A stretch of DNA of 37,252 bases from Calcarisporiella thermophila CBS 279.70 (Eukaryota > Fungi > Calcarisporiellomycota), in contig NW_027192196.1 in NCBI RefSeq assembly GCF_041956535.1, positions 104,566 to 141,817 of the forward strand. Direction: 5' to 3'. The notes beneath the pieces are model-generated. The model did no database searches, was not told where the DNA came from, and worked only from the letters and a program-made list of their open reading frames with translations. Made by a program: the position numbers and the translations under genes. The first letter of the stretch is position 1; each line of letters starts with the position of its first letter. Shown piece after piece: positions 1 to 11,300 of this stretch.

Positions 1-134
1 TATTTATATAAGGAGGAATAAACTCGATGACAATCAAAGTATCATAATAATATCAATGGAGCGAATTTTTATAGCTTTCTTATTCCAAGGTGATATTGAG
101 CGACTGCTTTTTCTCCATCTGATATTCAATTTTG

Positions 135-1139
135 CTAGAGATCAAGGCACGTTAAAGTGGTGTTTTCTCGAAGTGCTTGAGCGAAAGCTTGTTTTCCTTC
201 ATCTGATATGTTATTCCCATACAAATAAATATTTGTCAGAGTCTTGTTCTCACGAAGAGCCTGAGCTATATCATTCCCTCCTTCATCTGATATCTCATTA
301 TAATCTAGTTCAAGCTGCGTCAAAGCTGTGTTCTTTCGTAATGCTTTACCAATTGCTTTTCCTCCTCCGTCTGATATCTCATTAAATTTCAGATCAAGAT
401 GCACCAAAGCCGTGTTCTCTTGTAATGCTTGAACAATTGCTTTTCCTCCTATATCCGATATACTATTATAACTTAGATCAAGCTGCGTCAATGTGGTATT
501 CTCTCGTAGCGCTTGAGCAAATGCTTCTCCTCCTTCGTCTGATATCTTGTTCCCTCCAAAATTAAATTGCCTCAAAACTTTGTTTTCTCGAAGTGCTTGG
601 GCGATTGACACCCCTCCTTCACACGTTATCTTATTACTTCTCAGAGTAAGATGTGCCAAAGTCTTGTTCTCACGGAGTGCTCGTGCGATTGCTTTTCCTC
701 CTACGTCTGATATCTCATTGCTACTCAGATCAAGTTGCGTCAAAGTCGTGTTCTCTCGTAGTGCTTGAGCAATTGCTTTTCCTCCTTCGTCTGATATTTT
801 GTTAATACTCAGATTAAGATGTGTCAAAGTCTTGTTCTCTAGGAGTGCTTGAGCGATTGCTTTCCCACCTTCTGCTAATATAGAATTATTGCCAAGATCA
901 AGCTGCGTTAATGTATTGATCTCTCGAAGTGCATGTGCAATTAACTCTCCTGACTGTTCAGAACGTCTTGCTTTGCATTTTGCTGGTTTCAATTGCTTCA
1001 TCTTATCCATTAATCCCGCGAAAGTTACTTCACCGATGTCTGATATAATATTCTCTCCCGCTATTTCAGCACAATATCTTTCTTTAGTATTATCAATCTC
1101 TGGCCGCTCATCGGGATTTATCTGGTGTATATCTATCAT
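135..1139 (-). CDS. RI-like/NLRC3-like LRR protein (array copy 1), kinase-less and probably truncated at both ends
   Basis: 334-aa ORF with about 9.5 28-aa repeats (LRENxTLTxLDLxxNxISDEGGKAIAQA). The N-terminal NPDERPEIDN matches the end of the kinase in copy 2. The LRR pattern continues past the stop (LDL*QN*ISDGEKAVAQ), and a homologous N-terminal stretch lies upstream of an in-frame TAA (KVVEEGFQTFNQGPKNKSAIKR*FSGEE). Confidence 0.85.
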   Translation of the reverse strand: MIDIHQINPDERPEIDNTKERYCAEIAGENIISDIGEVTFAGLMDKMKQLKPAKCKARRSEQSGELIAHALREINTLTQLDLGNNSILAEGGKAIAQALLENKTLTHLNLSINKISDEGGKAIAQALRENTTLTQLDLSSNEISDVGGKAIARALRENKTLAHLTLRSNKITCEGGVSIAQALRENKVLRQFNFGGNKISDEGGEAFAQALRENTTLTQLDLSYNSISDIGGKAIVQALQENTALVHLDLKFNEISDGGGKAIGKALRKNTALTQLELDYNEISDEGGNDIAQALRENKTLTNIYLYGNNISDEGKQAFAQALRENTTLTCLDL

Positions 1140-1718
1140 TTCTTCACCACTAAATTATCTTTTTATTGCACTCTTGTTCTTAGGTCCTTGGTTGAAAGTT
1201 TGAAAGCCTTCCTCGACTACTTTTTAATATTGTTTAAGCTGAAAAGGCGATGCAGAGACGCTAGTGTTTAAATGCAACAACTCTTATAGCTTTTAACCTC
1301 CATACTAAATTTACAGAGCCCCAAAAATTTAATACAAAAAAGGAAACCAGCTCTTCCGTTCGTTAATAGTTACAAAATAGATGCTATTCTGAGTCATATA
1401 CTTTTAATCTTTTATCGAGTTAAAATGGTGTAATTTGGAGTAAAGATGACTTTATTCTATGACTCGAATTTATATGTTTTGAAATTAACTATCACATAAT
1501 GCTTTTCAAAGCGAAATATAATTCAAGCCACAATATAATAAAAAAAATTCAAGATATAGGCAAGAGCAATTGTAAAAACTGAAAGGGCAACTTATAATAT
1601 AATAATGCATATTTTCTACTTTCCCTTTTGTTCATATTTCCTAGCAGAAGCATTAGAAAAAAAAACAATTAATAAAAATAATAAATAATAAAAGATTAAT
1701 CATGTTATGCTAAATCCA

Positions 1719-4084
1719 TCATATTACAAAGATTTTCGATAGCATCTTCTTCATTCTACAAGGGCGAACGATTGTAAATCCTTCTTCAGGCGATATCATC
1801 CTCAGTCTCCGATCAAAATTTATCGAAATCGATTTCTCTAGACGCAATTGTACTAATAATTTTAGTCCTTCATCGGATATTCTATTTCCACTCAGAAAAA
1901 GCTGCTTCAAACTTTTGTTCTCTCGAAGTGCTCGAGTAATTGCTTTTCCTCCATCATCGGATAAGTTATCCCCACTCAGATCAAGCTGCGCCAAAGTCGT
2001 GTTCATACGAAGTGTTTGAGCAATTGTTTTTCCTCCTTCATCTGATATGAAATTGTAACCAAGATCAAGACGTGTCAAAGTCGCGTTCTCTCGAAGTGCT
2101 AGAGCAATTGCTCTTACTCCTGCACATGATATGCTATTATATCTCAGATTAAGCTCTGTCAAAGTTGTATTCTCCCCAAGTGCTTGAGCAAATGCTACTC
2201 CTAATTCAAAAGATATGCTATAATAACTAAGATCAAGCTGCGTCACGTCTTATTCTCACTAAAAGCTTGAGTAGTTGCTTCCCCTCCTTCAGTTGATATG
2301 CTATTCCGACTCAGATTAAGCTGCGCCAAAGTCGTGTTCTCTCTGAGTGCCTGAGCAATTACTTTTCCTCCTTCATCTGATATGCCATTGTAACATAAAT
2401 CAAATTGCGTCAAACTCTTGTTCTCTCGAAGTGCTTGAGCTATTGCTTTCCCTCTTTCAGCTGATATATCATTATCTTTCAGATTAAGATGTGACAAAGT
2501 AGAATTCTCTCGAAGTGCTTGAACAATTGCCACTCCTCCTTCGTCTGATATTCTATTCCCATTAAGATATAGGTGCGTCAAAATTTTATTCTCTCGAAGC
2601 GCTTGAGCGATTGCTTTTCCTCCTTCAGGTAATATGTTATTATATCTAAGATCAAGCATCATCAAAATCGTGATCTCTTTAAGCGCTTGCATAATTAACT
2701 CTCCAGATGATTCACGAAGACTTGCATATAATTTTGCATGTTTCAACTCTTTCGATTTAGCCAAAAGTCCAGCGTAGGTTACTACACCAATGTTTGTTAT
2801 CACATCACTCTCTTTTGTTTCAGCAAAATATCATTCTATAACATTATCAATCTCCGGTCGCTCGTCGGGATTTTGCTTCCAGCATGCTTCAATCATGGTA
2901 TGATATTTTTTGAACTGAACCTGAATGCTTTCTTGCATTCCATCTATTACTTTATATCTTACTGCATCGTCTGACTCGGTCTCAGAGGGTAATCTTCGAT
3001 GGAGAATCTCCCACACAATCACTCCATATGAGAACACATCCGATTTAGCAGTGTACTGATTGAAATCATTTAATACTTCAGGTGCTCTCCATCGAACCGC
3101 ACCATTTGGTACAGATCCCTTGCTCAAAGTCAAGAGAATACTGCTCTAACTCCCTTTGACTAGTCCAAAATCAGCTATCTTGGGATGCATGGTACCATCT
3201 AGCAATATGTTATTGCTTTTGAGATCACGATGCACGACCCCGAGTTGATGGATAAAGGAGAGCCCATATGCCACTTCTTGTATGATCATCTCTTTAACTT
3301 GATCATCGAGGTGGTTATCAGAGTCACTCAAGTAATCCATGAGATTCCCATTTTCGGCCAACTCCATCACTACCATACACTTTTCCTCGTACACTGAATA
3401 TCCGTAGTACGACACGATATTATTGCATCCTTGCAATTTTTTTAATGCATAAATTTCTTTTCTGAACATCTTATCTAGGGAATTTGACAGTCTATTCATG
3501 ATCTTAACTGCCACAGTTATATTGTTCCAGCAACCCTTATATACTTTTCCAAACGAGCCACTATCCCAGTATTCCAACAACTGTACAGAATCATAACTTA
3601 ACTAATGTCCCTCCTCGCTACCGCACATAATCTCTGATTTGATCTGCTCAATACAACTAGCTGCAAGCTCGACAATGGAGTCAGGGGCTTCAAAATTTGA
3701 CACCTCTTCTTTCGGGTCGGTAGGAAAATTTTTTGTCGAGATTGAGACAAATGCAGAGACAGAGGTCATGGATAATTCCATCCAACCTTAGTAAAACGAT
3801 ATTAACTTTAAAGGTGTAGTTAGTGAGCATTATCCTTACGATACCTCTCTTGCTAAACGCATTTACAATCTTTTCGGCATCTCGTAAGGTCTCGCCTAAT
3901 TTTACTAAAATATGGTCATACTTTTGCTGAGCTCTCTGATCCATATTTTGGACAATATACTCCAACTATTGCAACGAGATACTATCTCTTCGCATCGTGC
4001 TTTATTGAACTTAATTTCATCTCTCTTATTGCTAATCTGATTAATCAAACTAAGTATCTGACCAGCAATTCCTGCAACTTCCAT
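1719..4084 (-). pseudogene. Disrupted MLKL-like N-terminal 4-helix bundle + TKL-type protein kinase + RI-like LRR fusion (array copy 2)
   Basis: ATG at 4084 gives MEVAGIAGQILSLINQISNKRDEIKFNKARCEEIVSRC; a frameshift leads to LEYIVQN...LVKLGETLRDAEKIVNAFSKRGIVRIML. Then: frameshift near 3730, TAG 3602-3604, kinase motifs SGSFGKVYKG, VAVK, HRDLKSNNILL, DFG, in-frame TAG 3146-3148, VRWRAPE, KSDVFSYG, CWKQNPDERP, in-frame TGA 2831-2833, and about 10 LRRs with a frameshift near 2246. Confidence 0.85.
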
Positions 4085-4420
4085 CTGCTTCAGCCTTTAT
4101 AAGAATGTATGAGATACAATAGAAAAGAAGCCGTATATGAGATGATTAGCACCTAGATAAGAGTGATTAACAAGTTAGACATTTAATAAAAGTTAGCCGC
4201 CCCCAATAACCATGTAAATCTGTCCTTATATTCATATAATTCTTTCTGGGTTTACCTTTTCAAGATGTGTTCTTCAAATTAAAAATTCGGTAAGAACAAT
4301 AGTGTTGTGTCTGATCTTTGAAAGTGAATATTTTAGAATCCAACAACCTCCAACTAGGGAGTGAGGCTGTACTGTGCCTCCACGGTCGTATACTCACTAA
4401 CTTAATTATTATGAATTCTA

Positions 4421-4910
4421 TTACTGATAAAGTTTAGGGAAAGTCCAATTGCTTGTAACTCGATAATAATGATTGAAATTTATGACATTAATTTGCATAG
4501 AGTTTAAATAAAATATTCGACAAACTCTTGTTTTCTTGAAGTATTTAGGTGTTTTTCTTTCTGATATGCTATTCCATTTGATATCTAGGCGGTGTAAAGT
4601 CATGTTCTTTCCAAGCACTCGAGCAATTGCATCGCTCCCTCCACCCAATACGATGTTAAACCCTAGATCAAGCTGCGTCAAAGTCGAATTCTCTCGAAAT
4701 GCTTGAGCAATTTCATCTTTCCCCTCATCTGATTTACTATTATTACTCAATTTAATTTACGTCAAATTTGTATTATCTCGAAGCGCTTGTGCAATTAACT
4801 TTCCTCTTTCGGTTGATACGCTGCCTAATCTAGCTCAGATCAAGCTTCAATAAAGTTGTATTCTCTTGAAATGCTTGTACAATTAACTCTCCTGACAATT
4901 AACCAAGGCT
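4421..4910 (-). pseudogene. Heavily decayed RI-like LRR fragment (array copy 3)
   Basis: SGELIVQAFQENTTLLKLDLS near 4895-4835, homologous to QSGELIAHALREINTLTQLDL of copy 1. Also IAQAFRENSTLTQLDLGFN and IARVLGKNMTLHRLDIKWNSIS. Several stops and frameshifts; boundaries approximate. Confidence 0.75.
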
Positions 4911-5043
4911 TACTTTAATAATTGATGGATTCAAGCTTGGAGTTTCATCGACATGCTCCCATATTCGCTAAACTTTCTTACAAAGGATTTCTCTTTTTCA
5001 TATGTTATATTGATAGCTCGCAGTTCAAGTTAAGCAGCTCTTC

Positions 5044-6664
5044 CTAGTTTTGCTCTATTATCCTGTGCTGACTAAGAGTAAGCCTTGTTAACGTTTTATT
5101 CTCGCGAAGTAATTGAATCATTGCTTTTTCTTCTTCGTCTGATATCATATTATAACTTAGATCTAACAGCTGCAGACTCTTATTCTCCCGAAGAGCTTGA
5201 GCTATCTCTTTCCCTCCTGCATTTAAAATACCATTCAGAAGCAATTCGAGCTGTACCAAGGTCTTATTTTCTTGGAGCGCTTGCGCTATTGCTTTTCCAC
5301 GTGCATCAAATATATTGTTTGCGTTTAAACTTAGATGAGTTAAAGTCTTGTTCACTCGTAGTGCTAGAGCTATTGCAACTCCTCCTTCAGCTGATATGCT
5401 ATTAGAGCCAAGATTTAGATACTTCAAAGTCATATTCTCTCGAAGCCCCTGAGCGATTGCTTTCCCTTCTTCAACTGATATTCCGTTTCGATTCAAATCA
5501 AGACGCGTTAAGCATTTGTTCAATCTAAGCCCCTTGCCAATTGCTTTTCCTCCCTCGACTGATATTCTGTTCCGACTCAGATTAAGCTGCATCAGACTTT
5601 GATTCTCTCTAAGCCCTTGGCCTATTGCTCTTGCACCTGCGTCGGATATCTTATTCTGTCTCAAATCAAGATGCGTTAACTTTTGATTCTCTCGAAGTGC
5701 TTGACCTATTTCATTTCCTCCTTCATCAGATATGGAATTTTTTCGCAGATCAAGCTGCATTAGAGACTTGTTAATACGAAGTGCTTGACCAATGGCTTTT
5801 CCTCCTTCATCTGTAATCTCATTAAAACCCAGATCAAGCTTAGTCAAAGACTTGTTCTCCCTAAGTCATTGAGCGATTACTTTTCCACCCTCACCCTTCA
5901 GCCTATTACAACTGATATCAAGATGTGTCAAAGCCATATTTTCTCGAAGTGCTTGTCCAAATGCTTTTCCTCCTCCATCCGATATTCCATTACCCTCCAA
6001 AATTAACAGCTTCAAGGTCTCATTCTCTCGAAGTGCTTCGGCGAGCTCTTTTCCACCTTCATCAGATATTTTATTCCGTCCTAGATCAAGATATGTCAAT
6101 GTTTGATTCTTTCGGAGAGCCTGACCTATAGCTTTTCCCCCTTCAGCTGATATATTGTTTCCATATATGATGAGATGTACCAGACTCTTATTCACTCGAA
6201 GGGCTTGACTAATTGCATATCCTCCTTCAGGTGAAATTCCATTATTACTTAGATCCAGGTGTGTTAAAGTATTGTTCCCTTGAATTCCCTGAACTATTTC
6301 CTTTACTCCTTCGTCTAAAATTCCATTGCAGCTCAGATTTAAATGCGTTAATACATTGTTGTCACGAAGCACCTTTCCGATTGCCATTCCTCCTTTAGCT
6401 GATATTTTTTTTTTCGCGCAAATCAAGTTGTCTCAAGCTCTTATTATCTCGAATTACTTGAGCGATAAGTTCTTCAGACAATTCACTAAGTCTAGCTTTA
6501 AATTTTTCGGAATTCTGTATTTTCAGCTCTTCTGATAATTCACTGCTCGGAGCTACATTATGATCTAAAATCAGAGAATCATTTGCTTCACCTCTGAATG
6601 GTGCTTTTATGCTGCTCTCGGTCTCTGGCTCTTCGATGAATACCTGAAATCCTCTTTCTATCAT
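5044..6664 (-). pseudogene. RI-like LRR gene (array copy 4, about 17 repeats, about 540 aa) with one homopolymer frameshift and one in-frame stop
   Basis: ORFs 6395..6664, 5866..6426 and 5044..5847 join via an extra base in the T10 run (6405-6414) and an in-frame TGA at 5866-5868 (AQ*LRENK, where sibling repeats have AQGLREN or AQALREN). Confidence 0.85.
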
Positions 6665-6997
6665 TTTTTTTTCTATAACTTATAGTAATGTAAAAGGAGA
6701 TATAAGAGATGTGAAGGCAGGAGTTTTTAATGCAGGTTATACTACAACTAAAAAACTACCATACTCATTCAAACGCACGAGTCCAAATACTTAATATACA
6801 AAAAAGGCAATAGATGGCTTGGTGATATCCATTTATTGCAAGTTACAAATAACTGTACTATTCTGAGTCATACACATTCTTTTATCAAGTCAAGTCTGGG
6901 ATTTGCTATAAATTGGAAAGTAGATGAATATATTTTATAACGCAAATTTATACACCTGTAAACTAAAAAAAATCGGCTCAAGTTCTTAGAAAGGCTA

Positions 6998-7483
6998 ATG
7001 GATAATATTAGTATTTGTGATCTGTTTGAACCTAGAGAAAATAGTGCAGCATGGTCCGATGAATTTGCCAGTGCAGTATCAAGAGAAATAATGCACTGTG
7101 AGAGAGAGAAGCTCTTCTCAATCGGATATCATCGGACTCGCCTACATTACCTACCGAGTGATATTGTAGCTCAAGAAGTTGATGAGACATACTCAAACAG
7201 AATAGGATGCATTGGAGAGTTGCAGGGCTGGCATCGGTGGCTTGATAATTACACGAATACTTATGTTGTATTATCTTGGGTAATGGAAAGTGGCCGTATT
7301 GGCATTTACGCTTGTGGTACTGTAGAAGGTTTGCAACATGTACTGATTCAAAACTCAGGTCATGGATGGCTAAGATGGCTGGTTGGCGTAGCGTTGGCAA
7401 GGAGACCTGCATGTTCACCTCAGGATTGGGACCGGTCTCTCTCATTTTGCTCTGATGTTTCTAAAGACACTTTGATTGGTTGA
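6998..7483 (+). CDS. Hypothetical protein (161 aa), possibly the 5' part of a decayed longer gene
   Basis: ATG-initiated ORF with protein-like, Trp/Gly-rich composition and no recognised domain; divergent from LRR copy 4. Confidence 0.4.
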   Translation: MDNISICDLFEPRENSAAWSDEFASAVSREIMHCEREKLFSIGYHRTRLHYLPSDIVAQEVDETYSNRIGCIGELQGWHRWLDNYTNTYVVLSWVMESGRIGIYACGTVEGLQHVLIQNSGHGWLRWLVGVALARRPACSPQDWDRSLSFCSDVSKDTLIG

Positions 7484-8096
7484 ATCCTATAGGTATTTAA
7501 AGACCCAAAGTAGATGGTAGTGATCCTACTATTAATGCCATTAAATCAGGCTAATGCTTCAGCAAAATGCCAATATTATCAAGTGTAAGACAGATAAAGA
7601 GTTAGATGGAAATAGTAGAATAGATAGAATGGTATAGCATGAGAAACTTAGATTAAGTTGGGACGTAGTGTTTCGTAAGAATGTGGATGGCTAAATGTTA
7701 CCATGGCGGCTGTATGCGCTCTCTTTGCGCATTGTGGATTCTTTGGATCCATGAGGTAAGGATGGCTGTGCATTGGTGTTTTGGGTCAATTAATCCCAGA
7801 CTGAAGCCCTTTGGTTGTTCCAGGAGTCTTCACTCGGTTTGCGAGCGGCATCCTCCCCAGAGGAATCGTTGGACTATTCGGGAAATTCTATCAAAGAAGT
7901 CTTATTTAAAGGGATTGAGATAGGCTAAGTACCAGAGCTTGGACAAAAGTCTAGAGTTGATAAGCAAAACTTTTCCTAGGAGGGATATTGAGCGTGATTT
8001 CCAGGTTTCAACTGTCTTAGTTCTCAACCTATATTTGTGACTGTCAAAATGATTGCTCGTAGCAAAAACCAACTTGTCAAAAACAATTCAAGCAAA

Positions 8097-8169
8097 GGGT
8101 GTATGGCCAAATGGACAAGGCGCCTGACTACGAATCAGGAGATTCCAGGTTCGACCCCTGGTACGCTCG
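8097..8169 (+). tRNA. tRNA-Arg (anticodon ACG)
   Basis: Acceptor GGGTGTA/TACGCTC, D-arm TGGCCAAATGG, anticodon arm CCTGA-CTACGAA-TCAGG, T-loop GGTTCGA; a T-run terminator follows. Confidence 0.97.
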
Positions 8170-8373
8170 CTACTATTTTTTATTTTCTCATTAAATTACT
8201 TTTTATACTTAATCTCACTTCGAGAGGGATATATATATTTTTTAATAATTTAATCCAAATTTGGCGCAATCTTCATTATGCATATTATGAAATTAAGTTA
8301 TTAGATGCGATTGAAAAAAGAACAGAAATCAATGTGTCATATATAAATATAGGTGGAGGAGACCTGAGACGCT

Positions 8374-11300
8374 TTACTCTATATCCATCCCGTTCCACTC
8401 TTCATTCTCTTCCTCCATGATTTTCCTTCTCTTCCCCGGGGCCTCATCCGCATTATCTCTTGCAAACTGCTTACTTGTTTTTTCTCTCAGCTCCTCCAAA
8501 CTTCCTGCGTCCTCTCCCCACTCCAACACCAAATGCCTTCCGTACAAATGGGTACTTCCCATCGTCTCATACACATTCTGTGCCTCTTGTTTCGTCATAA
8601 ATTCAATGAAAGCAAAACCACGATGGCCTCCAGTGAATTTTTTCGGTAAACGAAGGGTTTTGATCTTTCCGTACGCGGAGAAAAGCTCTTTGAGATCTTT
8701 TTTGGTAGCTTCGAAAGGTACGTTGCGCACAAGAAGTTTGGTAGTATTGAGCTGTTTTGAGGAAGCGCCAGAACGGTCGGAGGAAGCGAGGGCCTTGCTC
8801 ACTTGACGTTGAGAGAACTTGAGCTGAAGGGCGTGACCTTCCAGTACAAAGCCCTAATAAAGTTTTGGATATATATTAGAAATCATCGTTAAGACTTTTC
8901 CAACAAAGCAGTCTATGTGTATACCTGCATGCCCTTTAACGCGTTCATTGCATTCTCCTTCGTATCAAATTCGACAAAACCAAATCCCATGCTCAGTTTT
9001 GCTCCAGGTCGTTTTGGGTCCTTCTTCATGCTAATGCGTGCCGCACGGAATCCAGACAAGTTTGAGAAAGCTTTCGTCAGGGTAGCATCCGTCGTTGTGA
9101 AATTGAGATTTTTCACAAAAAGCGTTTGAGCGGCCTCGGCTCCTTCGCCTGGGCCTTTCTCTTCTGCAGCGGTAGTTTCGACTAAATCGGAGGCGGACGT
9201 GACAGTGGAAGCAGCCTGCTGCTTCTTGGGCGCAGACAAGGCATCCTGGTATTTTTCACGGAAAATGCCAACAGGGGCCTTCTCAAGATAGATGGGTGCA
9301 TCCTTAAATCGGCGATAAGCAAGGTGGCGGAAAGCAACTCGAGCCTCGCTTGGCTCCAAAAACTCGACAATAGCTATTGTTTTGGCTGGTGGCATTAAAA
9401 TCTGCATTAAGCGAAATGAGTCAATATATGAAGGAATCAATTAGTCAATTTGCTGATATTGAAAATATCAATATGTAGTGTACCCGTCCAAGCGATCCGT
9501 GCTTTCCAAATAGCTCCTTCAGCTCATCCTCCGTGGTCCCATAGGGTATATTTTTGACCAATATCACTGTGTCACTGCGCTCCTTTTTGCCAAAGGCGTC
9601 CAGAACGATTCCTTCCTCCTCCAGGAACTTCTTTGTCTCCTGGACAATATGAGTTTCAGCAAGCGCGAGACGTACTGCGGCATTGTCCGCTTCTGCGTCA
9701 AGGATATCTGACTTTGCTACACCAAGTCGGTCGGCAATGGATTCTGCAACTGCATCCGCCTGTTAAACCAAATTTACATGCATCGGTCAATCGTCCCCCC
9801 TCTACTATAGATATGAAATAACACTCACACTCATGAACAAACTATTCCAGTTGAAATCAGAGCCTGCTTGCGCCTTCTTTTTTGCTTCACGTTGCTTTTT
9901 CACGTTGGTCATCCCTGGTCCCCCGACTTTCTCCTCAGGAGCAGGTGGCTTTTCTTGTGCAGGCAAGATATGGAGTAGGCGTCCCATGAAAAATTTGTTA
10001 TCCAACTCTGCAAAAGCCTTCAATGCATGCTCAGGAAGTAAATAAAGAACATAGGCGTATCCTTTGGATCGTTTAGATTGGCGATCAATCGGCATATGTA
10101 TCTGAAAGCCAGGAGGAAAAGTTAGTATAGTTTTACCTAAAATAAGCCCAGTATCAATTGAATATCACCTCTGATAATGGCCCGAACGCTTCGAATGCTT
10201 TCCGCAGATCATCCTCCGTACAGCTATAGGGTAAATTTCGTACAAATAGTCGCCCGGTATCAGATATTTGCTCTTCCGGCGAAGTGTATGCTGGCGTCTC
10301 CGTTGTGGATGCATCTACCCCCTGGTGGGCTTGATCTCTTGTATTTGCAGATGCTTCACCACAGGTCTATCGAGAATAAAATTGATTAGATATTAGCTAT
10401 CTAGTGGCATTTTGGTGGAAGTGCAATCGTAAAAATATTAACCATTTCGCTAGGTATCTTGTTTGGCTCCTCTTCTTCTAACGCCTCTTCTCTCGGTTTC
10501 TCTTCCTCTCCCTCTTCATCCTCCTTTTCATCCTCCTCTTCTTCCTCCTCTTCTTCCTCATCATAATCTCCATTCTCATCCTCGCTTCCATCTTCGGAAT
10601 CTTTTTCAATGTCAACCATCATATCGTCACCCTTCAGCGTCATTTTCGATTTCAAATAATCCAAGTCTGAAATGGTTGAATCATGTGCTGCTCCACTTTT
10701 TTCCAATTCGATGTTCTCGGTATTGTCCTCCTCCTCTTCCTCCTTCTCTTCTTCGTCCTCTTCTTTTTCATCTTCATGCTTTTCTTTATCCTCCGGCTTT
10801 TTTGATGGCAAATCTTCATATTCATCGTCGTCGGAATCTCCGCCAAATTTCACATGCGTCTTGGTCAGTAACATCCCTTTTCCACCAGTCTTTCGATTTT
10901 CAACTGATTTGGTCTCAATTTTCGGCTTTGGGGCCTTCTTCTGCCTCCCTTCCTCCTGAGTTCTTATTCCGTCATCATTGGCCCATGTGCGACCTCTGGC
11001 ACGAGGCTTCATGGTATCTAGATATTCCTTGAGTTTCTCCATCTCTTCCTCCCCGCTTACGCCATAAGCAAACTCCGTGTGCTTCTTAATATCCTCCTCT
11101 TTCCTTCTTGCCTCCTCCTCTCTCCGTGCGCGTTCTGCTCTTTCCTCTTCAGCCTTTTTAGGATCTTCTCCTTTCATCACGCGTCGATTCAGCGACGATC
11201 CTACAGAGTACATCGACCAGGGCCGGGGGAGTGATTGGTCTCCCACTGGTTTGGCTAACTCGACGACGATCTTGGAGGTATCGATGTAAGTGTTATTAAA

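Noticed and set aside
2831-5868. In-frame stops suggesting an alternative genetic code, readthrough or A-to-I stop correction
   Set aside because: The stops are mixed TAG/TGA at positions where paralogs have different residues (R, G/A), they co-occur with frameshifts, and the core genes end normally in TAG, TGA or TAA. Pseudogenisation is simpler.
135-6426. 84-nt periodic repeats resembling a CRISPR or satellite array
   Set aside because: The period equals 28 codons of LRR coding sequence; there is no repeat/spacer structure.
10463-11289. Pro/Leu/Ser-rich plus-strand ORFs
   Set aside because: Antisense shadows of the acidic, Glu/Lys-rich MRD1 linker.
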